Positions 36,231-48,204 of a stretch of 64,000 bases of DNA are shown here, in pieces (within the stretch, counting starts at the first letter, position 1; every line of letters starts with the position of its first letter). The position numbers and the translations under genes were made by a program. Source of the DNA: Dendrobates tinctorius (lineage: Eukaryota). The notes beneath the pieces were generated by a model. That model was given only the letters and a program-made list of their open reading frames with translations. It had not been told where the DNA came from and did no database searches. The stretch covers positions 11,222,001 through 11,286,000 of the forward strand of contig NW_027361672.1 of NCBI RefSeq assembly GCF_039654945.1. Direction: 5' to 3'.

Positions 36231-36647
36231 AAGTAATCCGTCACCAGGTTTTCACTTCCTCATCTAGGGGCTAGAGACACTGATTTCAGTGATATGTCAC
36301 TTACTGGGCTGCTTGCTGTAGTTTTTATAAAATCACTGTTTTCTCTGCTGCATATCTTGCAGTTGTTTAAATGCTGAGTCCTGTATAACCCCGCCCACAC
36401 CACTGATTGGCAGTTTTCTGTGTACACTGCATAGGCAGAAAGTTTCCAATCATTGGTAGAATAATAGAGAACTCATAATTGCGGAGAATTTCATGGCAGC
36501 AGGTTTAATAAAATTACTATTTTATCCGTAGATTATGAAAACTACATCAAGGAGCCCAGCAAGTGATATATTGCTGGAATCAGAGTCTCGGTCTCTGCAT
36601 CACGCTACTTTCAAATTAGGTGGTAAAAACCTGGATACAGATTTCTT
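36231..36647. mobile_element. Kolobok/T2-type MITE, decayed
   Basis: TTAA flanks; AAGTAATCCGTCACCAGGTTTT / AAAACCTGGATACAGATTTCTT; internal inverted repeats. Confidence 0.7.
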
Positions 36648-37068
36648 TTAAGCATTGCTGTAAAGGTGTAACACAACTAAGGATGTTTGTTGCAGTGTAC
36701 CACCACTTACTCCTTGTATGTGTGCATTAAATATAGCAGCTCACTTCAGATTTATTGCCAATTTAAAAAAAAAAAAAATCAGATCCATATCCAATTCAAC
36801 GGTTATTAATGAATTGGTCATGTTTTGATGTTTTGCTCAAAACTGATGTGTATGACCTTTTTAAAGCATGAACATTGATGTTGTAGACCATGGTTTGAGA
36901 GAATGGACACAAACCTTGCTAGCAGACAAGCACAAGATCAAGTTGGCTCCTTATCAAATTCATGATTAAAGTGGTTGTTACACCCACAGGGCGTGAAGAT
37001 GTATAGTGGACTCACTAGACTACTGATGGTGCTGTGGTAGCTGTATACCCGATACACAAGAGACAGGA

Positions 37069-38771
37069 TGACAGGATGTTGAGAAGGCTGAACTTTTAAA
37101 TTCCTATTTTGCATCTGTTTTCTCTCAGAAAGGAAATGTAACATCAACTGTTATTCACTGTCCTATTAAGGGAATACAAGAATCCAGGATATCTATAAAC
37201 AGAAAGATAGTGAGGAAACACTTAGCTAACCTAAATGAATTCAAGTCTCCAGGTCCAGATGAATTACACCCCAGAGTACTGAAGGAGATAGCAGAAGAAA
37301 TTTTTGAACCCCTCTCCATAATCTTTGAAAATTCATGGAGAACAGGAGAAGTGCCAGAAGACTGGAGAAGAGCAAATGTTGTTCCTATCTTCAAAAAGGG
37401 GAAGAAGGTGGACCCAGGCAACTATAGGCCGGTGAGTCTGACTTCTATACCAGGAAAGATCTTTGAACAAATTATTAAACAACATGTATGTCAATACCTG
37501 GATAAGAATGAAGTGATCAAACAGAGTCAGCATGGGTTTGTAACTAATAAGTCATGTCAGACTAACTTAATTTCCTTCTATGACGGTATCACTGATTGGG
37601 TGGATCAAGGAAATGCTGTAGATATAGTATATCTTGACTTCAGCAAAGCATTTGACAAAGTCTCTCATACAATCCTTATTGAAAAAATGACTAAGTATGG
37701 AATGGACAAGGCAACTGTTAGGTGGATTCATAACTGGCTTAGTGATCGGACCCAAAGAGTGGTCGTAAATGGCTGCACATCCAGTTGGAAGAATGTCTCA
37801 AGTGGGGTACCACAGGGCTCTGTCCTGGGCCCTGTATTGTTCAACATCTTTATCAACGATTTAGATGAAGGAATTGAGGGTAAACTGATTAAATTTGCTG
37901 ATGACACAAAGCTAGGAGGGATAGCTAATACTAGAGAAGAGAGAGAGAGGATTCAAAAAGATTTAAATAAACTGGAGAAGTGGGCAGCAACTAACAGAAT
38001 GGTTTTTAACAGGGAGAAATGCAAAGTACTACATCTGGGCAATAAAAATGAAAAAAGCATATATAGAATGGGAGGAATAGGGCTAAGTGACAGCACATGT
38101 GAAAAACACTTGGGTATACTAATAGATCACAGACTGAATATGAGTCAACAGTGTGATGCAGCAGCAAAAAAGGCAAATGCAATTCTAGGATGTATTAACA
38201 GAAGCATACAGTCTAGATCACGTGAAGTCATTATTTCCCTCTACTCCTCTTTGGTCAGACCTCATCTGGAATATTGTGTCCAGTTTTGGGCACCACATTT
38301 TAAAAAAGACATCAACAAACTGGAGCAAGTTCAGAAAAGAGCGACCAGAATGGTGACCGGTCTGCAAACCCTGTCTTATGAGGAAAGGTTGCAGGATTTG
38401 GGAATGTTTAGTTTGCAAAAGAGAAGACTGAGAGGAGACTTAATAGCTGTCTACAAATATCTAAAGGGCTGTCACATTGTAGAAGGATCAACTTTATTCT
38501 CATTTGCACAAGGAAAGACTAGAAGCAATGGGATGAAACTGAATGGGAGGAGACACAGATTAGATATTAGAAAAAACTTTTTGACAGTTAGAGTGATCAA
38601 TGAGTGGAACAGGCTGCCACGAGAAGTGGTGAGTTCTCCTTCAATGGAAGTCTTCAAACAGAGGCTGGACAGACATCTGACTGGGATGATTTAGCGAATC
38701 CTGCTTTGAGCAGGGGGTTGGACCAGATGGCCCAGGAGGTCCCTTCCAACTCTACGATTCTATGATTCTAT
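37069..38771 (+). mobile_element. CR1 LINE, 5'-truncated, inserted in the 3' LTR of Gypsy 2
   Basis: Absent from the 5' LTR (AGACAGGAGAATGAG); 3' end GGTCCCTTCCAACTCTACGATTCTATGATTCTATG. Confidence 0.95.
37072..38694 (+). CDS. CR1 ORF2 reverse-transcriptase region, uninterrupted reading frame with no native start
   Basis: KSPGPD, NYRPVSLTS, YLDFSKAFD, GVPQGSVLGP, KFADD, RPHLEY; the frame is open upstream of the listed ORF back to 37072. Confidence 0.85.
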   Translation, partial: QDVEKAELLNSYFASVFSQKGNVTSTVIHCPIKGIQESRISINRKIVRKHLANLNEFKSPGPDELHPRVLKEIAEEIFEPLSIIFENSWRTGEVPEDWRRANVVPIFKKGKKVDPGNYRPVSLTSIPGKIFEQIIKQHVCQYLDKNEVIKQSQHGFVTNKSCQTNLISFYDGITDWVDQGNAVDIVYLDFSKAFDKVSHTILIEKMTKYGMDKATVRWIHNWLSDRTQRVVVNGCTSSWKNVSSGVPQGSVLGPVLFNIFINDLDEGIEGKLIKFADDTKLGGIANTREERERIQKDLNKLEKWAATNRMVFNREKCKVLHLGNKNEKSIYRMGGIGLSDSTCEKHLGILIDHRLNMSQQCDAAAKKANAILGCINRSIQSRSREVIISLYSSLVRPHLEYCVQFWAPHFKKDINKLEQVQKRATRMVTGLQTLSYEERLQDLGMFSLQKRRLRGDLIAVYKYLKGCHIVEGSTLFSFAQGKTRSNGMKLNGRRHRLDIRKNFLTVRVINEWNRLPREVVSSPSMEVFKQRLDRHLTGMI

Positions 38772-39532
38772 GAGAATGAGCTTCAAAAAACCAACGATGG
38801 TTATTCAAGGAAGCAAACAAATGCAAAAGGTGCCTGAGGGAAGAACCCTCTGGACCACGACACAGAACCACATAGTGGAGCACAGGGCAAGGAGTACCCC
38901 TATACAGGGGCTCCCCCGTCGCAGCACCAGGTGACCTTAATGCCGCCATACCCGGAGCAGAGGGACGACCCATACAGACCGTATAGAGGAGGTGGCGAGA
39001 ATCCCGGAAGATCCGTGGAAACTTAGAAAGGCGGATATAGCCAGCAATGGTAACTGAATGATTTCCAGAGAACAGCCTTGGTCAGTCTGGGGTAGAAACC
39101 GGAGAGTCCCGAAGGATCCAGGAGAAGGAACTTCCAGCAGAAGATTCTGAGGAGACAGCGATATATTAGAATATAGCAACAGCCTTCAGTATGCAGAGCA
39201 AAGCAGAGTGTGGCCTGAGTGGAAGCCAGCGATCCCACAGAATGAACACGTTGTTCAGGCACCTCCCTCAAAGGGAGGATGCCTTTTATGCACAGAACAT
39301 CAAAGAACAGACAGCCCTAATAGCAAACAGGTGCCCTGCTGTTTTAAGTATGTGCAGGAAGAGGGGGGCACGTCTCCTAAGAGCATTACCAGGAGACCTG
39401 CCAAGAGGACGTAGGTTCTTAGCAGAGAAAGGAGCCACTGATTGTCTGGAGCCACGGACAGGGTGAATAGTACCAGTGGAGCTGCAAGATTGCTGCGCAG
39501 CAGAGACCGGGCCTGCGGCTGAGGGCATAACA

Positions 39533-40866
39533 GTACCCTCCCCCTTACGCCCCCCCTTCTTCAAACCTGCCAGGAACTTTCTAAGAAGAACTAGAGCATT
39601 AATGTTCTCCTCAGGCTCCCAAGATCTCTCCTCAGGGCCGTATCCCTTCCAGTCAACCAGAAAGAGTGACCTGCCCCCTCTTCTCTTCATGGCCAGGATG
39701 TCCTTCACTTCATAGACATCCTCGGAACTGACAGGAGAAGGAAATTTACCTGGATCCTGGAAGAAGCGACTGAGAACAACTGGCTTCAGCAGGGAGACAT
39801 GGAAGGAGTTATGGATCCATAAGGAGGCTGGCAACTTCAAACGATAGCACACATCGTTGATCCGGTGGAGCACTTCAAAGGGACCGATGAAACGAGGAGC
39901 CAGCTTATAGGAAGGGACCTTAAGACGGATGTGCCTGGAAGACAGCCATACCTTTTCTCCGGGTTGGTAAGGTGGAGGATCCAGACGTCTCTTATCCGCA
40001 TGCTTCTTGGATCGAACCGATGCCTGCTCCAGTGAGGTCCTGGTCTCTGTCCAGACCTTTGAGAAGTCCTCGGCCAGGGACTCAGCTGCAGGATTGCCGG
40101 AAGCAAGAGGCAGTGGAGTCGAGATCCTAGGATGCTGTCCATAAACAATGAAAAATGGGGAGTTAGAGGAGGACTCACCAACATGATTGTTATAGGAAAA
40201 CTCCACCCACAGCAGCAGGTTGGCCCAGTTGCTGTGGTGACCATCCACAAAGTGTTGCAGATAGTTTGTGAGGACTTGATTCACTCTCTCTACTTGGCCA
40301 TTAGATTGTGGGTGATAGGCTGAGGAGAAGTCCAGGGTGACATCCAACAACTTACAGAGGGACCGCCAGAAGCGGGAAATGAACTGAACTCCTCTGTCAG
40401 AGACAATGTGGAGTGGAAGTCTGTGAAACCGAAGGACATGCTGAATGAAGAGCTCTGCGAGTTTAGGAGCGGAAGGAAGACCGGACAGCGGAGTGAAATG
40501 TCCCATTTTGGAGAACCGGTCAACAACCCAGATTACTCTACAACTGGATGATGCTGGCAGATCCGTGATAAAGTCCATGGTAGTGTGTTGCCAGGGAGCA
40601 GATGGAATCGGGAGCGGGCAGAGGCGACCGGCTGGCAGTTTCTTGGGTGTTTTATTACGAGCACAGGAGGGACAGGCTGCAAGGAAGTCCAGAACATCTT
40701 GGCGCAAGGTGGACCACCAGTAGTGTCGAGATATTAGTTGTAGCATCTTTTGACCGGCCTGTCCAGCAAGCTTAGAAGAATGACCCCAGCGTAGAATTCG
40801 CCTCTTGTCTCTTTCAGTTACAAGAGTCTTACCGGGAGTTATCTGCGACAGCCTGACTGGAGCCAC
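39533..40866 (-). pseudogene. Gypsy 2 integrase with C-terminal chromodomain
   Basis: MDFITDLP, VSDRGVQF, YHPQSNGQVER, GPF motif, YEVKDIL..FLVDWKGYGPEERSWEP. Confidence 0.92.
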
Positions 40867-40911
40867 CGTGACTGCATCTTGGATGGTTCAATGATATGCT
40901 GTGGCTCTTCT

Positions 40912-43305
40912 TCAAGGTCGTCTGGCAGGAAGGACCTGGAAAGTGCATTGGCTTTTATATTCTTCTCTGCAGGATGGAAATGGAGAGAGAAACTGAACAA
41001 AAAATAAAGACCAACGAGCCTGGCGAGGGTTGAGTCTTTGAGCTGACTGGAGGTAGGACAGGTTCTTGTGATCCGTGTAAATGATGACTGGATGAACTGT
41101 GCCTTCAAGCAGATATCGCCATTCTTCTAAGGCTAACTTAATTGCCAGTAACTCTCTATCCCCAATTGAGCAGTTAAGTTCGCAGGGTGAGAATACCTTG
41201 GAAAAGAAACCACAGGTCACCATCTTTCCGGTAGACAGTTTGTGTGAGGACTGCTCCGGCTGACGAAGCGTCCATTTCCGGAAAAACTGCTTGTTGATTA
41301 TTGGTCTGTGAAGAGCCGGGGCAGTAGAGAAGGCTTGTTTGAGGAAGGTAAAAGCTGACTTGGCCTCAGGAGTCAAATCCTTTGGTTTGGCACCTTTACA
41401 AGTCGGAGCGGTGAGTGGTCTTACCAGAGAGGAGAAGAGCGGAATGAATTGCCGATAGTAATTGGTGAATCCCAGGAACCGCTGTATGGCCTTGATTCCC
41501 TCAGGTCGGGGCCACTTGAGAACGGCGGAGACCTCTGGATCCATCTCAAGACCTGTATCAGAAATGATAAAGCCAAGAAAGGGTAAAGATCTCTGTTCAA
41601 ACAGACATTTCTCAAACCTCACGTAGAGGCGATTTTCTCTCAATCGTTGAAGAATGAGACGAACATTCCTCCTGTGAGATAAGTCATGAGAAAATACCAG
41701 GATGTCGTCCAGATACACCACCACACAAACATAGAGCAGGTCATGGAATACGTCATTGACAAACTCCTGGAAGACGGCGGGCGCATTGCTTAATCCGAAG
41801 GGCATCACCCAATATTCGTAGTGACCATCTCGTGTGTTGAAGACGGTTTTCCACTCGTCACCAGATCGTATCCTGATGAGGTTGTGAGCCCCACGGAGAT
41901 CCAACTTGGTAAACATCCTGGAACCTCGAAGACAATCAAAAAGCTTTGGAATTAAGGGAAGAGGGTATCTGTTCTTTACAGTTATTAGATTGAGACCACG
42001 GTAGTCTATACACGGACGAAGAGATCCATCTTTCTTCTTGACGAAGAAGAATCCAGCTCCAGCCGGAGAGGAGGACTTCTGGACAAACCCCCGAGCCAAA
42101 TTCTCCTTGATGTAATCAGACATGGCTTGAGTCTCAGTGGGAGAAAGAGGGTAGATCCTACCTCGAGGCGGAGTGGATCTGGGGATTAGGTCGATGGGAC
42201 AATCGTAAGGCCTGTGAGGGGGAAGAGTTTTGGCCTCCTTCTTGTCGAATACGTCTGCGAAGGACCAGTAGGCAACAGGTAATCCGGGTAAGGCTGCAGG
42301 AGGGCGTGGAGATGAACCAGGCCATACGGGTATGAGCCAGTGATCGTGACATGACTGACCCCATCGAAGGACATCTCCTGACTGCCAATCCAGGACGGGT
42401 TCATGATGGCGCAGCCACGGAAGACCTAGTAGAAACGGTGGAGAAAGATTCGGTAACACAAAGAAGGCAATTCTCTCCTTGTGGAGTGCTCCAATTTGAA
42501 GTTCCACCTCTTCGGTGACACCAAGAATGCGATCTTTCAGGGGTCTTCCATCTACGGAGATGATGTGCCGGGACTGCTGCAACGGATTTATAGGAATCCC
42601 GAACCTCCTGGCCACTGCTTGCTGGATGAAGTTTCCACCAGACCCCGAGTCCAGATAGGCCATCTCAGAGAACCGCACCTTTCCGAAGATCACCTGTATG
42701 GAGTTAGTTAGTGGAGGAGAGGAATCATTCTCACCAAGGGAGGCCTCTCTTACCTGTCCCAGGCAGAAGAGTTTCTCCGGCCACTCCGTGCCACTGCATA
42801 GACTGGGAGCAGGGCGTCCACCATAACGATGCGGATTCCTAGCGGACCATGTCTCCTGCCTATTCCTCTCCACCTTAACGCGATCAAGCCCCATGAGTTC
42901 TTTCTCTGAGACCGAAGCGGGACAAGGCGGAAACCGAGGTTTCTGTGAAGATGCAGGACGAGGGAACCGCTTCTCGAGAATCCTCTCTCTGGAGCGCTCC
43001 TGGAGACGCAGGTCAATTCGAATGGCGAGGGATATGAGATCATCCAGGGTCTCAGGAAGGTCCCCGACTGCCAATTCATCCTTGATTCTTCCGGATAATC
43101 CTCGCCGGAAGGCTCCGACCAAAGGCTCATTGGTCCACTGGAGCTCCGAAGCCAGGGTACGGAAACGGATGGCATACTGACCGACAGAGAGAGCCCTGTT
43201 GCAAATTGAAGAGAGACTCCATGGCAGATGTGGCACGACCAGGCTCATCGAATATCTTGCGGAAGGTGTCCAGGAATACCTGCAGATCAGACACGATGGA
43301 ATCAT
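40912..43305 (-). pseudogene. pol: Gypsy 2 gag C-terminus, protease, RT and RNase H
   Basis: YLDSGS, SPAGAGFFFVKKKDGSLRPCIDYRGLN, YLDDIL, ELLAIKLALEEWR, YTDHKNL. Confidence 0.92.
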
Positions 43306-43805
43306 TCCGCTCCATTAGGGGGTTGAACCAGGCTAAAGCCTCTCCCTCCAGGTGAGAGGCAAGGAAAGCCACCTTGGCCATGTCATTCGGATAATACTGA
43401 GGCAAAAAACAAAAATGTAACAAGCATTGGTTGAGAAATCCTCTGCACAACTTGGGGTCACCATTGTAACGAGGAGGCTTGCAGAGACGAGGGCTGGGTC
43501 CTGTAGTGGGCACAACCATAGAATGCAGTACTGGAGGCTGAAGGACTGGGGAAGGAGCAACCAGCAGTACTTTAGTTAACTGGTCCTCAACAGAGGTCAT
43601 GTAGTCGAACAGGCGAGTCTGCATCTTTAATTGGTGAGTGAGTTCCAGGTGGAGCTCTGCTAGCTGGGTCGCGTTGGTGGGCTCGGTAGCCTGTAGAGCA
43701 GACAGGTGGGTATCCAAGGTTTGTATAAAGGCCACTAGCTGATCCTGACTCTGTCGAAGCGCAGCCAGCTCTCTGGGCTGAGTATCGGGTATCAGCAGAG
43801 TCCAT
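43127..43805 (-). pseudogene. gag: Gypsy 2 gag (sushi/PEG10-like), frameshifted
   Basis: ATG at 43805; coiled-coil segment then PPRYNGDPKLCRGFLNQC..LEGEALAW. Confidence 0.85.
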
Positions 43806-43806
43806 G

Positions 43807-43816
43807 GCCTGAACAA
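43807..43816 (-). promoter_or_regulatory. Self-priming PBS of Gypsy 2
   Basis: Minus-strand TTGTTCAGGC, 2 nt after the LTR, is complementary to LTR sequence at 44390-44399. Confidence 0.75.
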
Positions 43817-44972
43817 ACTGTTACACCCACAGGGCGTGAAGATGTATAGTGGACTCACTAGACCACTGATGGTGCAGTGGTAGCTGTATACCTGATACAC
43901 AAGAGACAGGAGAATGAGCTTCAAAAAACCAACAATGTTTATTCAAGGAAGCAAACAAATGCAAAAGGTGCCTGAGGGAAGAACCCTCTGGACCACAACA
44001 CAGAACCAAGTAGTGGAGCACCGGGCAAAGTGTACCCCTATACAGGGGCTCCCCCGTCGCAGCACCAGGTGACCTTAATGCCGCGATACCCAGAGCAGAG
44101 GGACGACCCATACAGACCGTATAGAGGAGGTGGCAAGAATCCCGGAAGATCCGTGTAAACTTAGAAAGGCGGATATAGCCAGCAATGGTAACTGGATGAT
44201 TTCCAGAGAACAGCCTTGGTCAGTCTGGGGTAGAAACCGGAGTGTCCCAAAGGATCCAGGAGAGGGAACTTCCAGCAGAGGATTCTGAGGAGACAAGAGA
44301 TATATTAGAATATAGCAACAGCCTTCAGTATGCAGAGCAAAGCAGCGTGTGGCCTGAGTGGAAGCCAGCAATCCCACAGAATGAACACGTTGTTCAGGCA
44401 CCTCCCTCAAAGGGAGGATGCCTTTTATGCACAGAACATCACAGAACAGACAGCCCTAATAGCAAACAGGTGCCCTGCTGTTTTAAGTATGTGCAGGAAG
44501 CGGGGCGCGTCTCCTAAGAGCATTACCAGGAGACCTGCCAAGAGGACGCAGGTTCTTAGCAGAGAAAGGAGCCGCTGATTGTCTGGAGCCACGGACAGGG
44601 TGAGTAGTACCAGTGGAGCTGCGAGATAGGTGCTGGTCTCCCTGCGCAGCAGAGACCGGGCCTGCGGCTGAGGGCATAACATTGGTTTTCCAATTTTTTT
44701 TTTTTTAAATGGACCCATGGTCATTTATAAACGAAAAACTAAATGCTCATCTGTGTTCCCCTTTTGGAAGAAAAAGCTAGTAATCCATTGAGGGACAACG
44801 AGCAACATTTCTGTTAAATGACGAGGGTCTGGGAAAGTTTTTATATTTTAGACTACTATGGATCATGGGCCCATTTTTTAAAATTTTTTTTTTTAAAGTG
44901 GTCAACTCATTCTGTGGTCTGCTATGCAGTTTGATGATATAAAAGCCAAACAAAACAACATTTTTTATTTCA

Positions 44973-46572
44973 CCCCTTAGTGACAGAACCAATTTGGTAC
45001 TTAATGACCAAGTGTTAGTGGTAAAAATTTTTTCGATATAACTTGCATTTATCTATGAAAAAAAGCAAAAATTTGGCAAAAATTTAGAAAATTTTGCAAT
45101 TTTCAAACTTTTAATTTTTGTACCCTTACATCAGAGAGTGGTATCACACAAAATAGTTAATAAATAACATTTCCGACATGTCACCTTTACATCAGCACAA
45201 TTTTGGAAAGAATTTTTTTTTTTTGTTGTTAGGAAGTTATAAGGGTTAAAATTTTAATTTTTCCAACAAAATTTACAAAACCACTTTTTTGAGGACCACC
45301 TCACATTTGAAGTGAGTTTGGAGGGTCAATATAACAGAAAATGCCCAAAAGTGACACCATTCTGGAAACTACACCCCTCAAGGTGCGCAAAACCACATTT
45401 AAGAAGTTTATTTAACCCTTCACGTGCTTCACGAAAACTAAAGCAATGTGGAAGGAAAAATGAGCATTATACTTTTTTCACAAAAAATTTACTTTGGAAC
45501 CAAATTTTTTTATTTTCACAAGGGTATCAGGAGAAAATGGACCCCAAAATTTGTTGTATAATTTCTCTTGAGTACGCCAAAACCCCTTACGTGGGGGAAA
45601 GCCACTGTTTGCACGCATGGCAGGGCTCAGGAGGGGGAAGCACCGTTTGACTTTTTGAACGCAATCAATGACTGAATGGCTGGAATCAATGATGGGCACC
45701 ATGTCATGTGTGGAGACCCCCTGATGTACCTAAACAGTGGAACCCCCCAATTCTAACTCCAACCCTAACCCCAGCACACCCCTAACCCTAATACCAAACC
45801 TAACCATAACCCTAACCATAGCCCTAACTACAACCCTTACCCTAATCCCAACCCTAACCGTAATCCCAACCCTAACCCCAACAACAAAATAGTAACCCTA
45901 ACCCCAACATAACACCAACCCTACCCCTAGCCCCAACCCTAACTCTAAGCCCAACCCTAACCCTAATGGAAAAATGGAAATAAATCCTTTTTTTATTATT
46001 ATTTTTACCTAACTAAGGGTGTGATAAAGGGGGTTTTATTTACTATTTTTTTTTATTTTGATCACTGTGATATGGTCTATCACAGTGATCAAAATTAACC
46101 AATAGGAAAAATTTCCTATTGTTGCTAGGTGCTGTCCGGCAGATCTCGGCGAATGCACTGCGCATGTGCCCGCCATTTTCTTCCCGGAACATGACGCCGA
46201 CGGCCGGGGGACAGGACCGGGGGATGCAGTAGGGTCCAGGGACATCGGAGGTACCGTGGGGGCTCCATTTCTCTCACCCCTGATGTGCTAGATCATATCA
46301 GAGGTGAGAGAAATTAAATGGGAAATCAGACTTTTTTTTGTGTGGTTGCCGTTATTTGGTGAATAACAGCGATCGCAACACTGGGGTTTGCAAAAACTGA
46401 CCTGGATCATGTTCTTCGTGGTCTCAGCTATCCCCGGTAGCCAAGACCCTGGAAAATTTCCGACACTGTGGAACGCTGTAACCTTATTTCTCAGCACCGT
46501 TAAAAAGCTGCGTTGAGGAATAAGCACCCTTAACTGTCGCTGTTAAAAGGCGTATTGGTGGACGTTAAGGGG
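44973..46572. mobile_element. piggyBac-like non-autonomous element
   Basis: TTCA|CCCCTTAGTGAC ... GACGTTAAGGGG|TTAA; no transposase. Confidence 0.75.
45750..45966. repeat. Degenerate (CCCTAA)n telomere-like array
   Basis: Repeated AACCCT with 6-bp periodic variants. Confidence 0.9.
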
Positions 46573-46684
46573 TTAACCCTATTCAAAATTATTTCCAAAG
46601 GTGTCCATATCTTATAGGCTGGGTTTACACGGTGACCAAAGTTAGCTAGTTTTCACTGCTACATCTCACTGCAATACAGCTGAA

Positions 46685-47815
46685 TGGGTAAGCTCCAAGT
46701 GATTCACAAACTCTTTACCTCTTGCAATTTTTCCTTCCTGGGCCTCACTGAAGCATGGCTGACATCCATCCTTGCCTCCCCTGCTGCGCTTTGTTACTGT
46801 GGTCTCCACTTCACTCACACTCCTCGCCCTGGCAACAGACATGGTGGAGGAGTTGTCTTCTCCTTTCTACCAACTGCACTTTCAACCCAATCCCACCTCT
46901 TCTTTTTAAGTCCACTCTGTCTGTATCTACTCTTCTTCCAATCTCTAACTGGCCGTTATATACCGACCTCCAGCCCCAACCACTGCCTTTATTGACCAAT
47001 TCTCCACCTGGCTTCTTCACCTTCTCTCTGCTGACATCCCCACCATCATCATGGGTGACTTTAACATCCCCACTGACACCTGCCAGTCAGTAGCCCCCAA
47101 ACTCCTGTTGCTTACTTAATCTTTTGGACTTACTCAGTGGTCCTCCTCAGCCACCCACACAGAAGGACATACATTAGACCTTATCTTCACCCATCTCTGC
47201 TCCCTATCTAACCTCACAACCTCCCCTCTCCCCCTATCTGACCACCATCTACTCACATTCTCATCACTGGCCTCCTCACCCATGTCCAGTAACTAGCGTA
47301 CTCTTGCAGAAACCTCGCACATCTAGACACTTGCACACTCTCTGACTCTATGCTACCACTGACATTCATATCTTCACTGTCACTGCTTTCTACAATGCCA
47401 CTCTCGCATCAGTTATTGACACGGCTGCCCCTCTCGCGTAAGGCATAGTGTGACAAATCAGTAGACAACCCTGACACAATAAACTCACTAAAAAGCTCCG
47501 GCACGTGTCCAGGGTTGCTGAGCAGCGTTGTAAGAAAACACAATCGCAAGATGACTTCACCGCATTCAAACAAGCAATACTCGCATTCATATCTGCTCTC
47601 ACATCTGCTAAACAGGTCTAATTCACAACCCCCATATCTTCCTTATCCTACAACCCCATACAGTTATTCAAAAGTTTTAACTCCACTGCCCCGTCCAACC
47701 TCCCTAATCTCTGTTAAGGACTTTGCCACACACTTCAAAAATAAGATCGATCATACAAGGCAAGTCTTTATTGTTCGACCATTACAACCCCTTTGTATAC
47801 AAGACAAATCAACCA
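46685..47815 (+). mobile_element. L2 LINE fragment (APE endonuclease and linker), decayed
   Basis: LGLTEAWL, RHGGGV, IYRPP, IMGDFNIP, GHTLDL, SDHHL motifs across frames. Confidence 0.85.
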
Positions 47816-48204
47816 ATACCTCATTTAATGTATTTATTTTTACATCTTTTATTGCACTTATCATTTTTTACAGGATGCAACCAGGCCCTCTTTTTGTTGG
47901 CTGGGAGTACTGGGGCGTCTGTCCCTGTGGGTGCATGTATACAATATAGTGCTGGTCAGCCTGCATGACATTTTATTATGGACGTCATCAATAGGTTGGA
48001 AGCTGGACACTTTGCACGACACATACCTATGTGACTGGCGTTCTACACAAGCCTCATTTCTGTGCATTTTTTCTGATAGGAAAGAGAAGTATGGCTGATT
48101 GGGCTCTCAGACCAAGACAGACTCTTGTTTTGGATGGAAAAGAAACTTCTTTACTTGGTCAGTATGTCCTCACAAAGCTTTTCAGCGGTGAATCCGCCTT
48201 CATC

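Larger units (their letters stand above)
36976..44681 (-). mobile_element. Full-length decayed chromoviral (sushi/Tf1-like) Gypsy element 2
   Basis: LTRs 43819-44681 and 36976-39532 (the latter split by CR1); 5-bp flanks GTGGT/TTGGT; PPT at 39533-39561; gag-pol with chromodomain. Confidence 0.95.

Noticed and set aside
40912-43924. PEG10/RTL-like host gene
   Set aside because: Retains both LTRs, integrase and chromodomain, and is frameshifted.
47860-48200. Possible exon after TTTTTTACAG, or a KDZ-like transposase scrap (VCPCG)
   Set aside because: Frames close quickly and the similarity is too weak to call without a search.
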